A stretch of DNA of 64,000 nucleotides from Escherichia phage WG01. Location: the sequence record NC_031928.1, one strand, 5' to 3'. Below, one piece after another: positions 1 to 9,355 of the stretch; position 1 is the first letter of the stretch; each line of letters opens with the position of its first letter. Below the pieces are notes generated by a model. It made no database searches. It worked only from the letters and a program-made list of their open reading frames with translations, and was not told where the DNA came from. A program made the translations under genes and the position numbers.

Positions 1-66
1 AGCATATTAATTTCCTCAGGTTTGTTTTTACATTATACTCCAAGGGAGGAAATTCCTCCCTATGCT

Positions 67-765
67 TTAGAACGAGTGGCTTGAGCCTGCTTCCATAGCC
101 AATACATAAGAAGCTTGTGAACCTTCAAACTTGGCTGCGAAACGAGCGTCCTGGCCTTCACCACGGGCCCATAACAATACATGGTAATCGGCAGGCATCA
201 TTTTCATATTAGTTTTGTTGATAATGAATTTGAATTCAGGGCCATCATGATCTGCAACCACTAAGGAATACAATGGACGGGCCAGGTCCTTATCATCAAC
301 TTGTTTGTAGCCATTGATTACAATTTTACCATTGTCTACAGTAATAGCAAATGTATCAATACTCAGTCCAGAGGACACACGCATCAACTGCTGGTAATCT
401 TCGGCTTTAAGGTCAAAAATAACTTCAGCCACCGGGAACGGAATAGCTTTGCTTGGGAATGCAATTGTGCTTGGGTCGGCAATAGGCCACTTAATAGTTG
501 AACGTTGGTCTTTAATAATTAAAGTGGTTTGGTCTTCACTTACCGAAACTTCAGCACTTTCAGATACCAATGACAGAATACTTAAGAAGCCGTTCAGGTC
601 GTAGATTGCGGCTTCGATATCAAAGGTGTCATTTACAGTAGCTTCACCATAACTTGCACCCGTTACTGAACGAGTTAGAATAGTGTTACCAGGTTTAAGC
701 ATGATACCTGGGTTAATACCGGAGAAGTTTTTCAGAATGTTCAGAGTTTCTTTAGAGAATTTCAT
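67..765 (-). CDS. 45: DNA polymerase sliding clamp gp45
   Basis: 232 aa, ATG at 765; N-terminus MKFSKETLNILKNF and length match T4 gp45 as recalled; lies 3' of gp46 as in T4. Confidence 0.92.
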   Translation of the reverse strand: MKFSKETLNILKNFSGINPGIMLKPGNTILTRSVTGASYGEATVNDTFDIEAAIYDLNGFLSILSLVSESAEVSVSEDQTTLIIKDQRSTIKWPIADPSTIAFPSKAIPFPVAEVIFDLKAEDYQQLMRVSSGLSIDTFAITVDNGKIVINGYKQVDDKDLARPLYSLVVADHDGPEFKFIINKTNMKMMPADYHVLLWARGEGQDARFAAKFEGSQASYVLAMEAGSSHSF

Positions 766-793
766 AATGTTTCCTTATCAAGTCAAAAATTAA

Positions 794-1222
794 TTAAGCA
801 ATAACGATCATTTGTTTACGAATGGATTCAGGCAGAGATTCAATATACTCTGGAATCTGGGAAGCAACAATAGCACCAGCTTCAAGCAGTTGTTCGTCAA
901 AATCTACACAATAATCATCTTCGAGACGTTCAGAACCATCACGGTCGATAACCAGTTTAGCACCTGCGGCCAGTGAATCATTATAGTGGCGACGCATAAT
1001 TTCTACCCACTTATCGGATACGTCGTTATCAATGATACCGTAGAGCATGAACTTAGTTTCTTGTGGAAGAGACTGCAGACGACGTGCAGAGTCGGTATCA
1101 ATATTCAGTACCCATGATTTACGGATACGGTTTTGATTATGTGGGTTGGAATCAGTACGAATGGTTTTAACTTGGATATCTTTAACAGTAATAGCGTTAG
1201 CAAACATAATATTTTCTCTCAT
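794..1222 (-). CDS. hypothetical protein at the T4 rpbA position
   Basis: ORF track 794..1249 opens with TTG; first ATG at 1222; position between 45 and 46. Confidence 0.4.
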   Translation of the reverse strand: MRENIMFANAITVKDIQVKTIRTDSNPHNQNRIRKSWVLNIDTDSARRLQSLPQETKFMLYGIIDNDVSDKWVEIMRRHYNDSLAAGAKLVIDRDGSERLEDDYCVDFDEQLLEAGAIVASQIPEYIESLPESIRKQMIVIA

Positions 1223-1267
1223 TTGGTTGGTAGATGTATTATAAATCAATATTTTAAAGCACTTAAT

Positions 1268-1459
1268 TTAATCAAAGTATTCATAAACGAACCAGGCAGG
1301 ATTCCTGTTCGACATGATTCTATCATACTCTGACTTAAAAGCATTTCGGAGATAATCTTCAGTAACAAGATGTTCGTCTCCAGAGAAGTTATTAACTAAA
1401 ACATACCGCTTTAGTTCAGGAACGGCCAACAAATGCTGGCCTGTTATAAAATCACTCAT
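1268..1459 (-). CDS. hypothetical protein (63 aa)
   Basis: ATG start overlapping gp46 stop (ATGA); T4 45.2 position. Confidence 0.4.
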   Translation of the reverse strand: MSDFITGQHLLAVPELKRYVLVNNFSGDEHLVTEDYLRNAFKSEYDRIMSNRNPAWFVYEYFD

Positions 1460-3138
1460 TCCATCACCGTGAATCGTCCAACTTTCTTCATTTGAAGATG
1501 TTGGCCATAAGCTTGTGGGTCATGGTCTCGGTGAGAGATAATGAACACGTTCGTATCCTCAAGGCTATTCAAGATGGTTGCAATGGTCTTAACGCCTTCA
1601 GCGTCAGTAGCACTGTCAAATACCTCATCAAGAATTAACGTGCTGATATTAACACCTGATACCTTAGAAGCAATATCGCGCCATGTAAAAAGTAGTGCGA
1701 TATCAATACGTGCTTTCTCACCCTGTGAAAATGAAGCATAACTAAAGTCTTCACGTCCACGTGATTTAATCGTCTCATTGAACTCTTCGTCTAGTGTAAA
1801 GACGTAGTCCGCTTCCATAATCTTCAAATAAGAATTTATCTGCTTATTAAAGATAGGAATGTATTTCTTAATAATGGAACCTTTAATACCAGTATCCTTC
1901 AACATTTCTGTCAGAATTCCACGATGGTATTTTTCCATTACCAAGGACGATTTGGTAGAGACGATTTTATCAAGCTCTGCTTGAAGCGCGGCAATCTCTT
2001 CGGCATTACTTACGAACTCAGCAGCTGCTTGGTCGATTAATACTTTAACTTTTTTAGCTTTCTCTACGGCAGTAATGGCTTGTTGCTTATGAGTAGCTAT
2101 CTGAGATTTAATAGCCAGAGCTTTATTACGTTGTTCGGTTACTTGGTCCTTAATGAGCTTGAGTTCTTGGTACTGTTCGTTAATCTTATCCAAAGATTTT
2201 TGAAGCTCAAAGTTCTTATCCTTAATTTTAGTAAGGATATTTCCATGCTCTTCCAGTCCTTGCATACATGTAGGACAACTACCACCGGTTTCGTATAATT
2301 TCACGACCTTAGTAAAGGTTGCCATATCATTCTTGATTGCAAATCCTTTATTGCTCAGGTCACTCATAGAGTTGCTAGGGTCATCATCGACGATGACATT
2401 GAGTAATTCATCAGTCAGTTTTTCTATATTGCCCTTCGCAGTCCTGGCTTCTTTAACGAGCTCATCGTACATTGTTTGTAGACGTGCTGCGTTCTCACCT
2501 GATAATTTACGCTGACGTTCTTCGTTGTCATTATAAATTTTAATTTGCTGGATAATAGAATCCTGTTTAACGTCGATTACTTGGATTTGGCTATTAGTCT
2601 CACGAATCAAAGATTTGTTCAACTTGTCCATATCCGCTAATACAGAAACCTCTAAGAGGTCTTCCACAAGCTTTCGGCGCGCAGGGGTCGACAAACCCAT
2701 GAAAGGGGTATACCCTGCTGTACCAAGTACGACAATCTGTTTGAAACTGGTATATGACATTCCGATAAGCTGTTCAAATTCTGCTTGGAAGTCTTTACTG
2801 CTGGCAGATTCATCAAGACGTTCACCGCCACAAGAGATTTCAAAAATATTGGGTTTTTGCCCGCGCTTGATATAGTATTCTTTGCCATCATATTCCATCC
2901 ACAGTTCGACCAAAAGGTCTTTCTTATTACTTGAGTTAATCAACTGCCCTTTCTTAACATCACGAAAAGGCTTACCGAACAGAGCAAATGTAACGGCTTC
3001 AAGGAACGTAGATTTACCAGCGCCGTTTTTACCGGTGACTAAGGTCTTTTGGACCTTATCAAGTTGGATTGTAATAGGTTGCTGGCCTACCGACATAATA
3101 TTTTTATACGTTACTTTCTTTAACTTAAACGTTTTCAT
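1456..3138 (-). CDS. 46: recombination endonuclease subunit gp46 (SbcC/Rad50-like ATPase)
   Basis: 560 aa, same length as T4 gp46; Walker A GKNGAGKST; long coiled-coil middle; C-terminal signature region. Confidence 0.93.
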   Translation of the reverse strand: MKTFKLKKVTYKNIMSVGQQPITIQLDKVQKTLVTGKNGAGKSTFLEAVTFALFGKPFRDVKKGQLINSSNKKDLLVELWMEYDGKEYYIKRGQKPNIFEISCGGERLDESASSKDFQAEFEQLIGMSYTSFKQIVVLGTAGYTPFMGLSTPARRKLVEDLLEVSVLADMDKLNKSLIRETNSQIQVIDVKQDSIIQQIKIYNDNEERQRKLSGENAARLQTMYDELVKEARTAKGNIEKLTDELLNVIVDDDPSNSMSDLSNKGFAIKNDMATFTKVVKLYETGGSCPTCMQGLEEHGNILTKIKDKNFELQKSLDKINEQYQELKLIKDQVTEQRNKALAIKSQIATHKQQAITAVEKAKKVKVLIDQAAAEFVSNAEEIAALQAELDKIVSTKSSLVMEKYHRGILTEMLKDTGIKGSIIKKYIPIFNKQINSYLKIMEADYVFTLDEEFNETIKSRGREDFSYASFSQGEKARIDIALLFTWRDIASKVSGVNISTLILDEVFDSATDAEGVKTIATILNSLEDTNVFIISHRDHDPQAYGQHLQMKKVGRFTVME

Positions 3139-3359
3139 GTATTGTTCTCACGAATTGTTTGTTCAGCATATTCTAGCATTTCTTCGGAAGAAGCAAACAC
3201 GTCGTCAAGTTCCATGGCCCATGAAACACCTTCAGAATATTCAGAAGTGACATACATAGTTCCGGTATACCAAGAACCATCCACGTCCCATTCTACATTA
3301 CCGAACCAGCCATCGCCAATATGAAAATCATGTTTATACATTTTCATCATTATAAGCAT
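3135..3359 (-). CDS. hypothetical protein (74 aa)
   Basis: ATG start; T4 46.1 position. Confidence 0.4.
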   Translation of the reverse strand: MLIMMKMYKHDFHIGDGWFGNVEWDVDGSWYTGTMYVTSEYSEGVSWAMELDDVFASSEEMLEYAEQTIRENNT

Positions 3360-3597
3360 CCTTGATGCATGATTCAGCCATATGAATTAATGTTTCTGGA
3401 GTATCATCTACCATTACATTAAAGCTAAATTCCACAGCCCAATCAGTAGCAACATAAACTTTAATAAGCTCGTTGGTATCGCGAGTGCTCACGGCTTCAA
3501 ACCAGAACTTAATGATATTCGTTTGGTTATCGTCATCAATAACGATGCAGTCGTGTTCTAGTTCAAGGCCTGATTTTTTGAATTCATCTAAAGTCAT
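3334..3597 (-). CDS. hypothetical protein (87 aa)
   Basis: ATG start overlapping gp47 stop; T4 46.2 position. Confidence 0.4.
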   Translation of the reverse strand: MTLDEFKKSGLELEHDCIVIDDDNQTNIIKFWFEAVSTRDTNELIKVYVATDWAVEFSFNVMVDDTPETLIHMAESCIKDAYNDENV

Positions 3598-4616
3598 CGT
3601 GTAACCTCATTATAAAGTTGTGCGGCCATAGTCTTAAGGGCTTTAACATCGTCTTCAGTGTGGCCATCAGGAAGGGCATCGATATAATCATACATCATAT
3701 CCAAGAGGGACTTAACTTCATCTTCCTCTTCAGAATCATCGATATCAACACTGTTATCTACCTTAGACACAATACGTAAAGAGTGAACAACCTTTTCAAG
3801 TTCAGATTCGAACTTGGTAAGCCCGTCATCAATTTTATCGACTATAACACGAACCGCAATATTTGTAAAATCTTTGTAATCGATAGTCGCATTCGGATAA
3901 TGAATCTTACGATGCCAACAAGTTTCATTGATGATGAAATCCATTTTATGGGTTTCTGTATCGAAAATCCAGAAGCCACGAGGGTCGTTCTCATCACCTG
4001 CAGTCAGGGTCCATGGCGTACCAATATACTTGACGTTTGCTGCATCAGAAATGGTGTGGAAGTGACCAGACCATACTTGCTTATACTTCTTAAGGAAATC
4101 AGGTTCTAAACCATGTGATTTCATTCCTTTATAGAAATAGAAACCATTTAATTCCCAGTGGCCAATACAGAAATCGGCAGTAGTATTTTTGATATGGTCC
4201 ATGATATCGGTCGTGTTTTCTTCACACATCCATGGAATCAAATCAATTTCTGTACCATCAAAATTAACCGTAGTAGGTTTCTCAATAACCTTGATATGGT
4301 CGTATTTACCCAGAACTTCAGAAGCAGCGTTCGGAGTCAATGTGTTTTTGTAGTGCATATCATGGTTACCAACGACCGTATACATGGTAATGCCGTTGGC
4401 TTTAAGCAAATCGGAGATTTCGCGAGCGAATTCCATACACTTATGGGTAATTGCTTTACGAACGTCAAAGATATCACCGTATTGAATCCATACAGTAATG
4501 CCATTTGCTTTAGAATAATTAATAGCGTCTTGGATACCTTGACGTTGGATATTTTGTACCCACACATCATCGGCCTTCACTCCAAGGTGCCAGTCACCTG
4601 TGTTTAATATTTTCAT
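3594..4616 (-). CDS. 47: recombination endonuclease subunit gp47 (SbcD/Mre11-like)
   Basis: ORF track start is TTG; ATG at 4616 gives 340 aa starting MKILNTGDWHLG; calcineurin-type phosphoesterase motifs DWHLG, GDIFD, GNHD. Confidence 0.92.
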   Translation of the reverse strand: MKILNTGDWHLGVKADDVWVQNIQRQGIQDAINYSKANGITVWIQYGDIFDVRKAITHKCMEFAREISDLLKANGITMYTVVGNHDMHYKNTLTPNAASEVLGKYDHIKVIEKPTTVNFDGTEIDLIPWMCEENTTDIMDHIKNTTADFCIGHWELNGFYFYKGMKSHGLEPDFLKKYKQVWSGHFHTISDAANVKYIGTPWTLTAGDENDPRGFWIFDTETHKMDFIINETCWHRKIHYPNATIDYKDFTNIAVRVIVDKIDDGLTKFESELEKVVHSLRIVSKVDNSVDIDDSEEEDEVKSLLDMMYDYIDALPDGHTEDDVKALKTMAAQLYNEVTR

Positions 4617-4798
4617 AAGCCAAGCGCCGTTATTGCAATGCAAAATAAAATTATTGAAATGAACCCGTCAGGAGTGGAAAAGAATCCTATCCAACAAGCT
4701 CGTGTGAATGTGTAGAATGCCATGAATAACACGACATATCCTAAAAGTAGTTCCATATGTTCTCCTCAGTTGGTTCATTTTATCATCCAAATATAAAG

Positions 4799-4819
4799 CA
4801 AAAAAGGAGCCTAAGCTCC
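4799..4819 (-). terminator. rho-independent terminator
   Basis: minus-strand hairpin GGAGC-TTAG-GCTCC followed by T6. Confidence 0.6.
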
Positions 4820-4984
4820 TTTACCAACTAATACACCGTACAGAGGTTCGTGATTAGACCTGAACTTGATAGGCTTATAGGTAATAGTACCTTCATTTTC
4901 TGCTTTAATACGAGCGGCTTCAAATTGAAGTATCATCTCATTTTTGTCAGATTTAATCTTATCAAAATCCATCGAATTCGTCAT
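4811..4984 (-). CDS. hypothetical small protein (57 aa)
   Basis: ATG with AGAGG 6 nt upstream; stop codon inside the terminator hairpin; not in ORF track (under 60 aa). Confidence 0.25.
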   Translation of the reverse strand: MTNSMDFDKIKSDKNEMILQFEAARIKAENEGTITYKPIKFRSNHEPLYGVLVGKGA

Positions 4985-5042
4985 TCATACAACCTCTTAA
5001 ACTTTTTCGTATTCGTCTTTCATTAGCCGCCTGTCCACGTTA

Positions 5043-5243
5043 TCATCGTTGCCACCATTTCTTAAGTTGATGAGAATCTACCCAAACCTTGGCTACGGGC
5101 TCAATCCGAAAAATTCCATCGGAATACTGGCCGACCATTTTATATTCGGTTTCGGACTGCTTAATACAGATATTACCGTATGAGCGAAGTCTAAAGGCGG
5201 CTCCAATAAGAAGCCGTTTAAAGGGTTTATTTACTAGGGCCAT
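5043..5243 (-). CDS. hypothetical protein (66 aa)
   Basis: ATG start; compact early-gene array. Confidence 0.35.
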   Translation of the reverse strand: MALVNKPFKRLLIGAAFRLRSYGNICIKQSETEYKMVGQYSDGIFRIEPVAKVWVDSHQLKKWWQR

Positions 5244-5538
5244 TGACGATTTCCCAAATTTGTTTGCGGGTAGATTCCCACATCAATTGAACAAGTTCAT
5301 CAGTAACAGGTTGACGGTAAATACCACGTAATTTAATTAAAGCGTACTTATATGCTTCAAAGTTGTTTTCAAGTACAGCGCCTTGGGCATGGAGATTTAA
5401 ACGACGGATTTCACGAGCATTCTTCTTAAGAATCTTAGCCGCTTGAGAATTAGCTTCTTTAATATTGTGCTCTTCTAAACGTTGCTGGGCTTCTTCAATT
5501 TGCTCATCAGTCAATTGAGAAATGTCATGGCTTTGCAT
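5227..5538 (-). CDS. hypothetical protein (103 aa)
   Basis: ATG with AAAGGA RBS. Confidence 0.4.
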   Translation of the reverse strand: MQSHDISQLTDEQIEEAQQRLEEHNIKEANSQAAKILKKNAREIRRLNLHAQGAVLENNFEAYKYALIKLRGIYRQPVTDELVQLMWESTRKQIWEIVNGPSK

Positions 5539-5539
5539 A

Positions 5540-5731
5540 TTAATCCTTTGGAGTCAATTCAATAGTGAAGTAGAAATTAGCGTTCTCAACATGATAACGG
5601 TAATCTACGTTATTGTCAGGAGAAGTGAATTCAATATTCCTGACGTTAAGTGGGTCAATATCAATAGGAAGACCTTTAACATCCCGTAATATCAATTTAA
5701 TAAAATAAGGGAGTGCTTCGAAGTCTTCCAT
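5540..5731 (-). CDS. hypothetical protein
   Basis: ORF track start is GTG inside gp55; first ATG after the gp55 stop is at 5731. Confidence 0.3.
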   Translation of the reverse strand: MEDFEALPYFIKLILRDVKGLPIDIDPLNVRNIEFTSPDNNVDYRYHVENANFYFTIELTPKD

Positions 5732-5753
5732 TCCATCTAAAAGTGGAGTGATA

Positions 5754-6311
5754 TTAATCTGATGTTCCATATAAAAAATCCAGTTCACCAACTTTAGGTT
5801 GGGCACTCTTATCAGACCCTGGTGCTTTAGTTAAAGAGGTTTCATACTGAGTCATTTTGTCGTAGATATCTTGGATAAAGGTTTCATCTGCAATACCTAC
5901 CATGTCGTCATCATTACTGTCATAGACATTATGGACGAAGTAGCTATATTTCTTTGCCATTTCTTTACGTTCTTTTTTGATACGCTGAACGAAGGCATTA
6001 AAACAAGCCATAGTGATATATGCATGTGGGTTGTCGTATTTTGTTTCGTCGAAGTTGTGAAGACCTTTAATCGAAGCTTCGATTCCATCAGCAATCATTT
6101 CTTGCTTCCAAGATTGGGTATATCCTGAGAAGTTGAAACGTTTACTTAGTCCTTCAGCAATGAGCATAATAGCCAAGCCGATAACGTCGTTCTGGCGAAC
6201 TATTTTATTAGGATCGGTATTTTCTCTGAGTTCTGTTTTCCATTGGGTGATAGCTTTCAGAAGCTCCTTATTATTTACATAGTTATTTTTAGTCAGTTTA
6301 ATTTCGGTCAT
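5754..6311 (-). CDS. 55: late-transcription sigma factor gp55
   Basis: 185 aa, ATG confirmed; near-identical to T4 gp55 as recalled ([55 protein letters not shown]). Confidence 0.95.
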   Translation of the reverse strand: MTEIKLTKNNYVNNKELLKAITQWKTELRENTDPNKIVRQNDVIGLAIMLIAEGLSKRFNFSGYTQSWKQEMIADGIEASIKGLHNFDETKYDNPHAYITMACFNAFVQRIKKERKEMAKKYSYFVHNVYDSNDDDMVGIADETFIQDIYDKMTQYETSLTKAPGSDKSAQPKVGELDFLYGTSD

Positions 6312-6377
6312 TGTTACCTCAGATAACTCAAATCATAGGTCTATTATATCATAGTATTTGAAGACCCTTTTAAAGCA

Positions 6378-6641
6378 TCAACGGAGTAAGCAATAAGCCT
6401 GAAATACGGTTTCAAGGATTTGTGTGAACTCGGAATAAGAAATTGTATCAGTACATCCATGTTCAGACATATATCCACAAAATTCTTTAAAAAGACCTGG
6501 ATATTCGCGATGGTTGTATTTGGAAATATGAGACTTCCATACTAAAGAAGTCTCACCACAAACAAACTCAACATCCATACGGTTATCTATTAAGAAAAAT
6601 CCGAGACCTTCGTAGGCGAGGGTGGTGGATATGGGTTTCAT
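6378..6641 (-). CDS. hypothetical protein (87 aa)
   Basis: ATG start; several Cys/His. Confidence 0.4.
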   Translation of the reverse strand: MKPISTTLAYEGLGFFLIDNRMDVEFVCGETSLVWKSHISKYNHREYPGLFKEFCGYMSEHGCTDTISYSEFTQILETVFQAYCLLR

Positions 6642-6904
6642 TGTAGGAATCGAGCTCCTTCTAGTGCGTCATCAAGATTATCAAACTCGTCGACATAATC
6701 AACACCGCCAACTTCGTCCTTCGCATAAAGCCAGTACTGTTTAAATTCGTATTCGATGATGAAGTGGTCACCCTCAATCTGGAGAGCCCCATCACCATTA
6801 AATTGAACTGCATAACCTGTAAAGCGGACATCATTCAAGAGTTCTTCTTTCATAGCAATCATTTCCAAGTTTTTATCGTAATTAGAGAGTTTTATTTTAA
6901 TCAT
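6638..6904 (-). CDS. hypothetical protein (88 aa)
   Basis: ATG start, ATGA overlap with neighbour. Confidence 0.4.
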   Translation of the reverse strand: MIKIKLSNYDKNLEMIAMKEELLNDVRFTGYAVQFNGDGALQIEGDHFIIEYEFKQYWLYAKDEVGGVDYVDEFDNLDDALEGARFLQ

Positions 6905-7230
6905 TTCGCTGCCTTAACAATTTTCAGGTCAACGAATTTTTTCTTACGTTGGTTTTTCATACGACGGATGGTTTTATCCGTGATTTCACCAGGGGCCCAA
7001 GCTTTAGATTCTACACCAAAGGCAGCGACATCGAATTCATCGAGGATATATTGAACCAGGATTTCACGAATACCGTTCTTACCAATTTTCTGGTCTTTAG
7101 AGTGCATGATAGGTAACAGTTCAGCAACCCATTGGTCAAGAACCTGAGGAGTTACAAAACCTGTTTTCATCAGTTCGTTTACTTTATCGAAAGCGAAAGA
7201 GTTCAGTACGTTTTTAATAGCTTGTGACAT
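6901..7230 (-). CDS. hypothetical protein (109 aa)
   Basis: ORF track start is TTG; ATG at 7230 has GAGGA RBS and an early promoter just upstream. Confidence 0.4.
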   Translation of the reverse strand: MSQAIKNVLNSFAFDKVNELMKTGFVTPQVLDQWVAELLPIMHSKDQKIGKNGIREILVQYILDEFDVAAFGVESKAWAPGEITDKTIRRMKNQRKKKFVDLKIVKAAK

Positions 7231-7264
7231 AATAATTTCCTCAGTTTTAAAGTTATAATCCGTA

Positions 7265-7300
7265 GGACCATTATACTCTGGTCCCAAGAGTTTGTAAACT
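7265..7300 (-). promoter_or_regulatory. T4-type early promoter cassette
   Basis: minus strand GTTTACA, 17 nt, TATAAT; dyad GGACCAGAG/TATAATGGTCC. Confidence 0.6.
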
Positions 7301-7499
7301 ATTTTTGACTCATTGCACCTTTCCAGCCTTCGTACATAGATGCAGCTGAAATTAATAAAGCGCCTGAACAACTTGAATATTTGTGGTTCCAAAACCAGTT
7401 CAGAAAAACTTCGTCATCAATACCTTGGGCTATCATATTTTCAAAGAACTGACGACGAGCTTCAGCAATTCGCTGTGATAATTTAGATTCAGGATTCAT
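7299..7499 (-). CDS. hypothetical protein (66 aa)
   Basis: ATG start. Confidence 0.35.
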   Translation of the reverse strand: MNPESKLSQRIAEARRQFFENMIAQGIDDEVFLNWFWNHKYSSCSGALLISAASMYEGWKGAMSQK

Positions 7500-7638
7500 T
7501 TAAATTTTCCAGTTTCCGTGTTTATCAATGAATTTAATCCAGTCATTTACTGACCACGTGGTTGTATCGCCCTTTGGACTAACATTTAAAGTGTATAGTC
7601 CTTGCTTAAAAAGCATTCGTTTGATATTCATATTTTCC

Positions 7639-7932
7639 TCAGCTATAACGATAACATTCGTTTGATTTACGTTTTGCAACTCGATGAGAAGTATTGTAAT
7701 CAGGTTCATCGTCATTGTAAACATCTTTTTTCAGCTTTCTCACTTCTTTACGAAGCTGGCGGTTCATTTCGTTCTTAACTTCAGAATCAACACCGCGCAT
7801 ACGTTTCCACTTGTCGGAACGGAAGATATTTTCTTCAACCAGTTCCTGACTTACGCCGTCCGGTGCTTTACGACGTCCGGAATAATAAAAATCTTTTACA
7901 GACAATTCTTTACGACGAATAGTTTTACCCAT
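7639..7932 (-). CDS. hypothetical basic protein (97 aa)
   Basis: ATG with GAGGT RBS; Lys/Arg-rich. Confidence 0.4.
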   Translation of the reverse strand: MGKTIRRKELSVKDFYYSGRRKAPDGVSQELVEENIFRSDKWKRMRGVDSEVKNEMNRQLRKEVRKLKKDVYNDDEPDYNTSHRVAKRKSNECYRYS

Positions 7933-7934
7933 AG

Positions 7935-8189
7935 TTACCTCAGCAGTTTGTATCCAATAAGATTTTTAATGTATTGGACATCTTTGACATCCAAATCTAA
8001 CTTAATATCTTTCAGACGGTCGCACAGGGTCAAAAAGGTTACATGTTTCCAATTCTTCACTGGGCAACAATAAGTCTTAGGACCATTTGCAATTTCAATA
8101 TTCTTATCAGTGACGGTGAGAAAAATCAGGCGCTCATCATCCAGATTAAGGGTAATGATATTTTTCATTGAATGTAATTTCAGACTCAT
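7935..8189 (-). CDS. hypothetical protein (84 aa)
   Basis: ATG start. Confidence 0.4.
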   Translation of the reverse strand: MSLKLHSMKNIITLNLDDERLIFLTVTDKNIEIANGPKTYCCPVKNWKHVTFLTLCDRLKDIKLDLDVKDVQYIKNLIGYKLLR

Positions 8190-8368
8190 GATTTAATTTC
8201 CTTAGCTACTGAACAAAATAAAGAACGGTCGCACACCATCAATGGAGCATCAGGGTGAGTCAAAGGTTGATACCATACATCGAGATTTGTTACCTTTGTT
8301 ACTTGAACAGGGTAGCCATTTACTGAATAATACTGGTCGGCTTTAATTTCTTTATCTTGGATAGTCAT
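8186..8368 (-). CDS. hypothetical protein (60 aa)
   Basis: ATG with GAGGAG RBS. Confidence 0.4.
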   Translation of the reverse strand: MTIQDKEIKADQYYSVNGYPVQVTKVTNLDVWYQPLTHPDAPLMVCDRSLFCSVAKEIKS

Positions 8369-8387
8369 AATGTTCTCCTCATGTGTT

Positions 8388-8428
8388 GATAGGATAGACT
8401 ATAACACGTGAGGAGAGGAAGTAAATAC
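8388..8428 (-). promoter_or_regulatory. early promoter cassette (degenerate copy)
   Basis: ATTTAC -35-like and TATAGT -10-like, same layout as the other cassettes. Confidence 0.4.
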
Positions 8429-8745
8429 TAATCTTCAATTAAATCTTGGTCATAACCAAGTTCAATCAAAAGCGATTTGAAGGCAGGAATATTTTCTATT
8501 TTCTTATTATCGACAAATATGACAGGATAGCGTATCGCTAAGCTCTTGAAGCCTGCACGTTTGGCCAATGATACTATAAGAGGCTTGTCGTATACTGCGC
8601 CTGACGGCGTCTGGTTAATCACAGGATAGAAAGTATGTGGGATAGAAAGGGAATTTAGGAGCGATAGAACAGCAATGCACCCTGGACAGCGCATGACTGT
8701 CTCAGGGATACCGTAAATCTCAATTTTAGTTAACTTTTGGTCCAC
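8428..8745 (-). CDS. glutaredoxin/thioredoxin-fold protein (NrdH-like?)
   Basis: 105 aa; GTG start with AAGGAG RBS; CPGC after a beta-strand-like KIEIYG; C-terminal YPVIFVDNKKIENIP resembles the glutaredoxin P-x-I-F motif. Confidence 0.5.
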   Translation of the reverse strand: MDQKLTKIEIYGIPETVMRCPGCIAVLSLLNSLSIPHTFYPVINQTPSGAVYDKPLIVSLAKRAGFKSLAIRYPVIFVDNKKIENIPAFKSLLIELGYDQDLIED

Positions 8746-9022
8746 AGGAAATAACTCCTTGGTAGTCCCAAGTTTTTAGAACTTCGTCTTCATTAGTTCC
8801 GTATGGGACGTAAATCTGGATAAGGAACCCGGTATCATCAAAAGAGAAATAGACAGTAGGTTTAATACCATGAATCTCTGACAGAGCATAGATGTCCTTG
8901 AGGTCGTCTTCCTTACCTTTAAAGAATTCAGGGTTCAGGTCACAGTCATGGAAGTACCAATCATCACCAAACTTGTCCCAAGCGGTCCAATTCAAAGCTA
9001 CATATTCTTCAAAACGTTTCAT
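8726..9022 (-). CDS. hypothetical acidic protein (98 aa)
   Basis: ATG with AAGGTGA RBS. Confidence 0.4.
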   Translation of the reverse strand: MKRFEEYVALNWTAWDKFGDDWYFHDCDLNPEFFKGKEDDLKDIYALSEIHGIKPTVYFSFDDTGFLIQIYVPYGTNEDEVLKTWDYQGVISCGPKVN

Positions 9023-9234
9023 TCTTTCACCTTCATCATTTTTGCAATAACACTATGAACAGCCTGGATTCGTTTGTCGAACTCGGACCCTTCAAGACCT
9101 TTTTCAGTACTCAGAGCACCAATAATCATGAACAGCAATCCAAACGGAATAGCCAGGATTAAAAGGCATACGATAAACAGAACCAATGTTATATTAGCCA
9201 GGATATCAGAAACAGCATTACGAAATTTATTCAT
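9019..9234 (-). CDS. small membrane protein
   Basis: ORF track start is GTG; ATG at 9234; one long hydrophobic helix. Confidence 0.35.
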   Translation of the reverse strand: MNKFRNAVSDILANITLVLFIVCLLILAIPFGLLFMIIGALSTEKGLEGSEFDKRIQAVHSVIAKMMKVKE

Positions 9235-9355
9235 TAAAGAACCCACATGTTAGTTACAACAAATAACCATTGAGCAGGATACTCAACACCCATAATACGC
9301 ACCGCATCATTCAGAGATTCGGCTAAAGCATAAAATGTGTAGCCATAAAAATTAA

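Noticed and set aside
7500-7724. ORF 7500..7724 (74 aa) overlapping 7639..7932 in another frame
   Set aside because: Most of it overlaps the better-supported 97-aa ORF; only a ~43-aa ORF from ATG 7631 would be independent, too short and unsupported to call.
4617-9355. Group I introns or homing endonuclease (seg/mob) genes in the intervals where T4 carries them
   Set aside because: No ORF with a GIY-YIG or H-N-H signature and no long structured non-coding insert were seen; the intervals are filled with small early ORFs.
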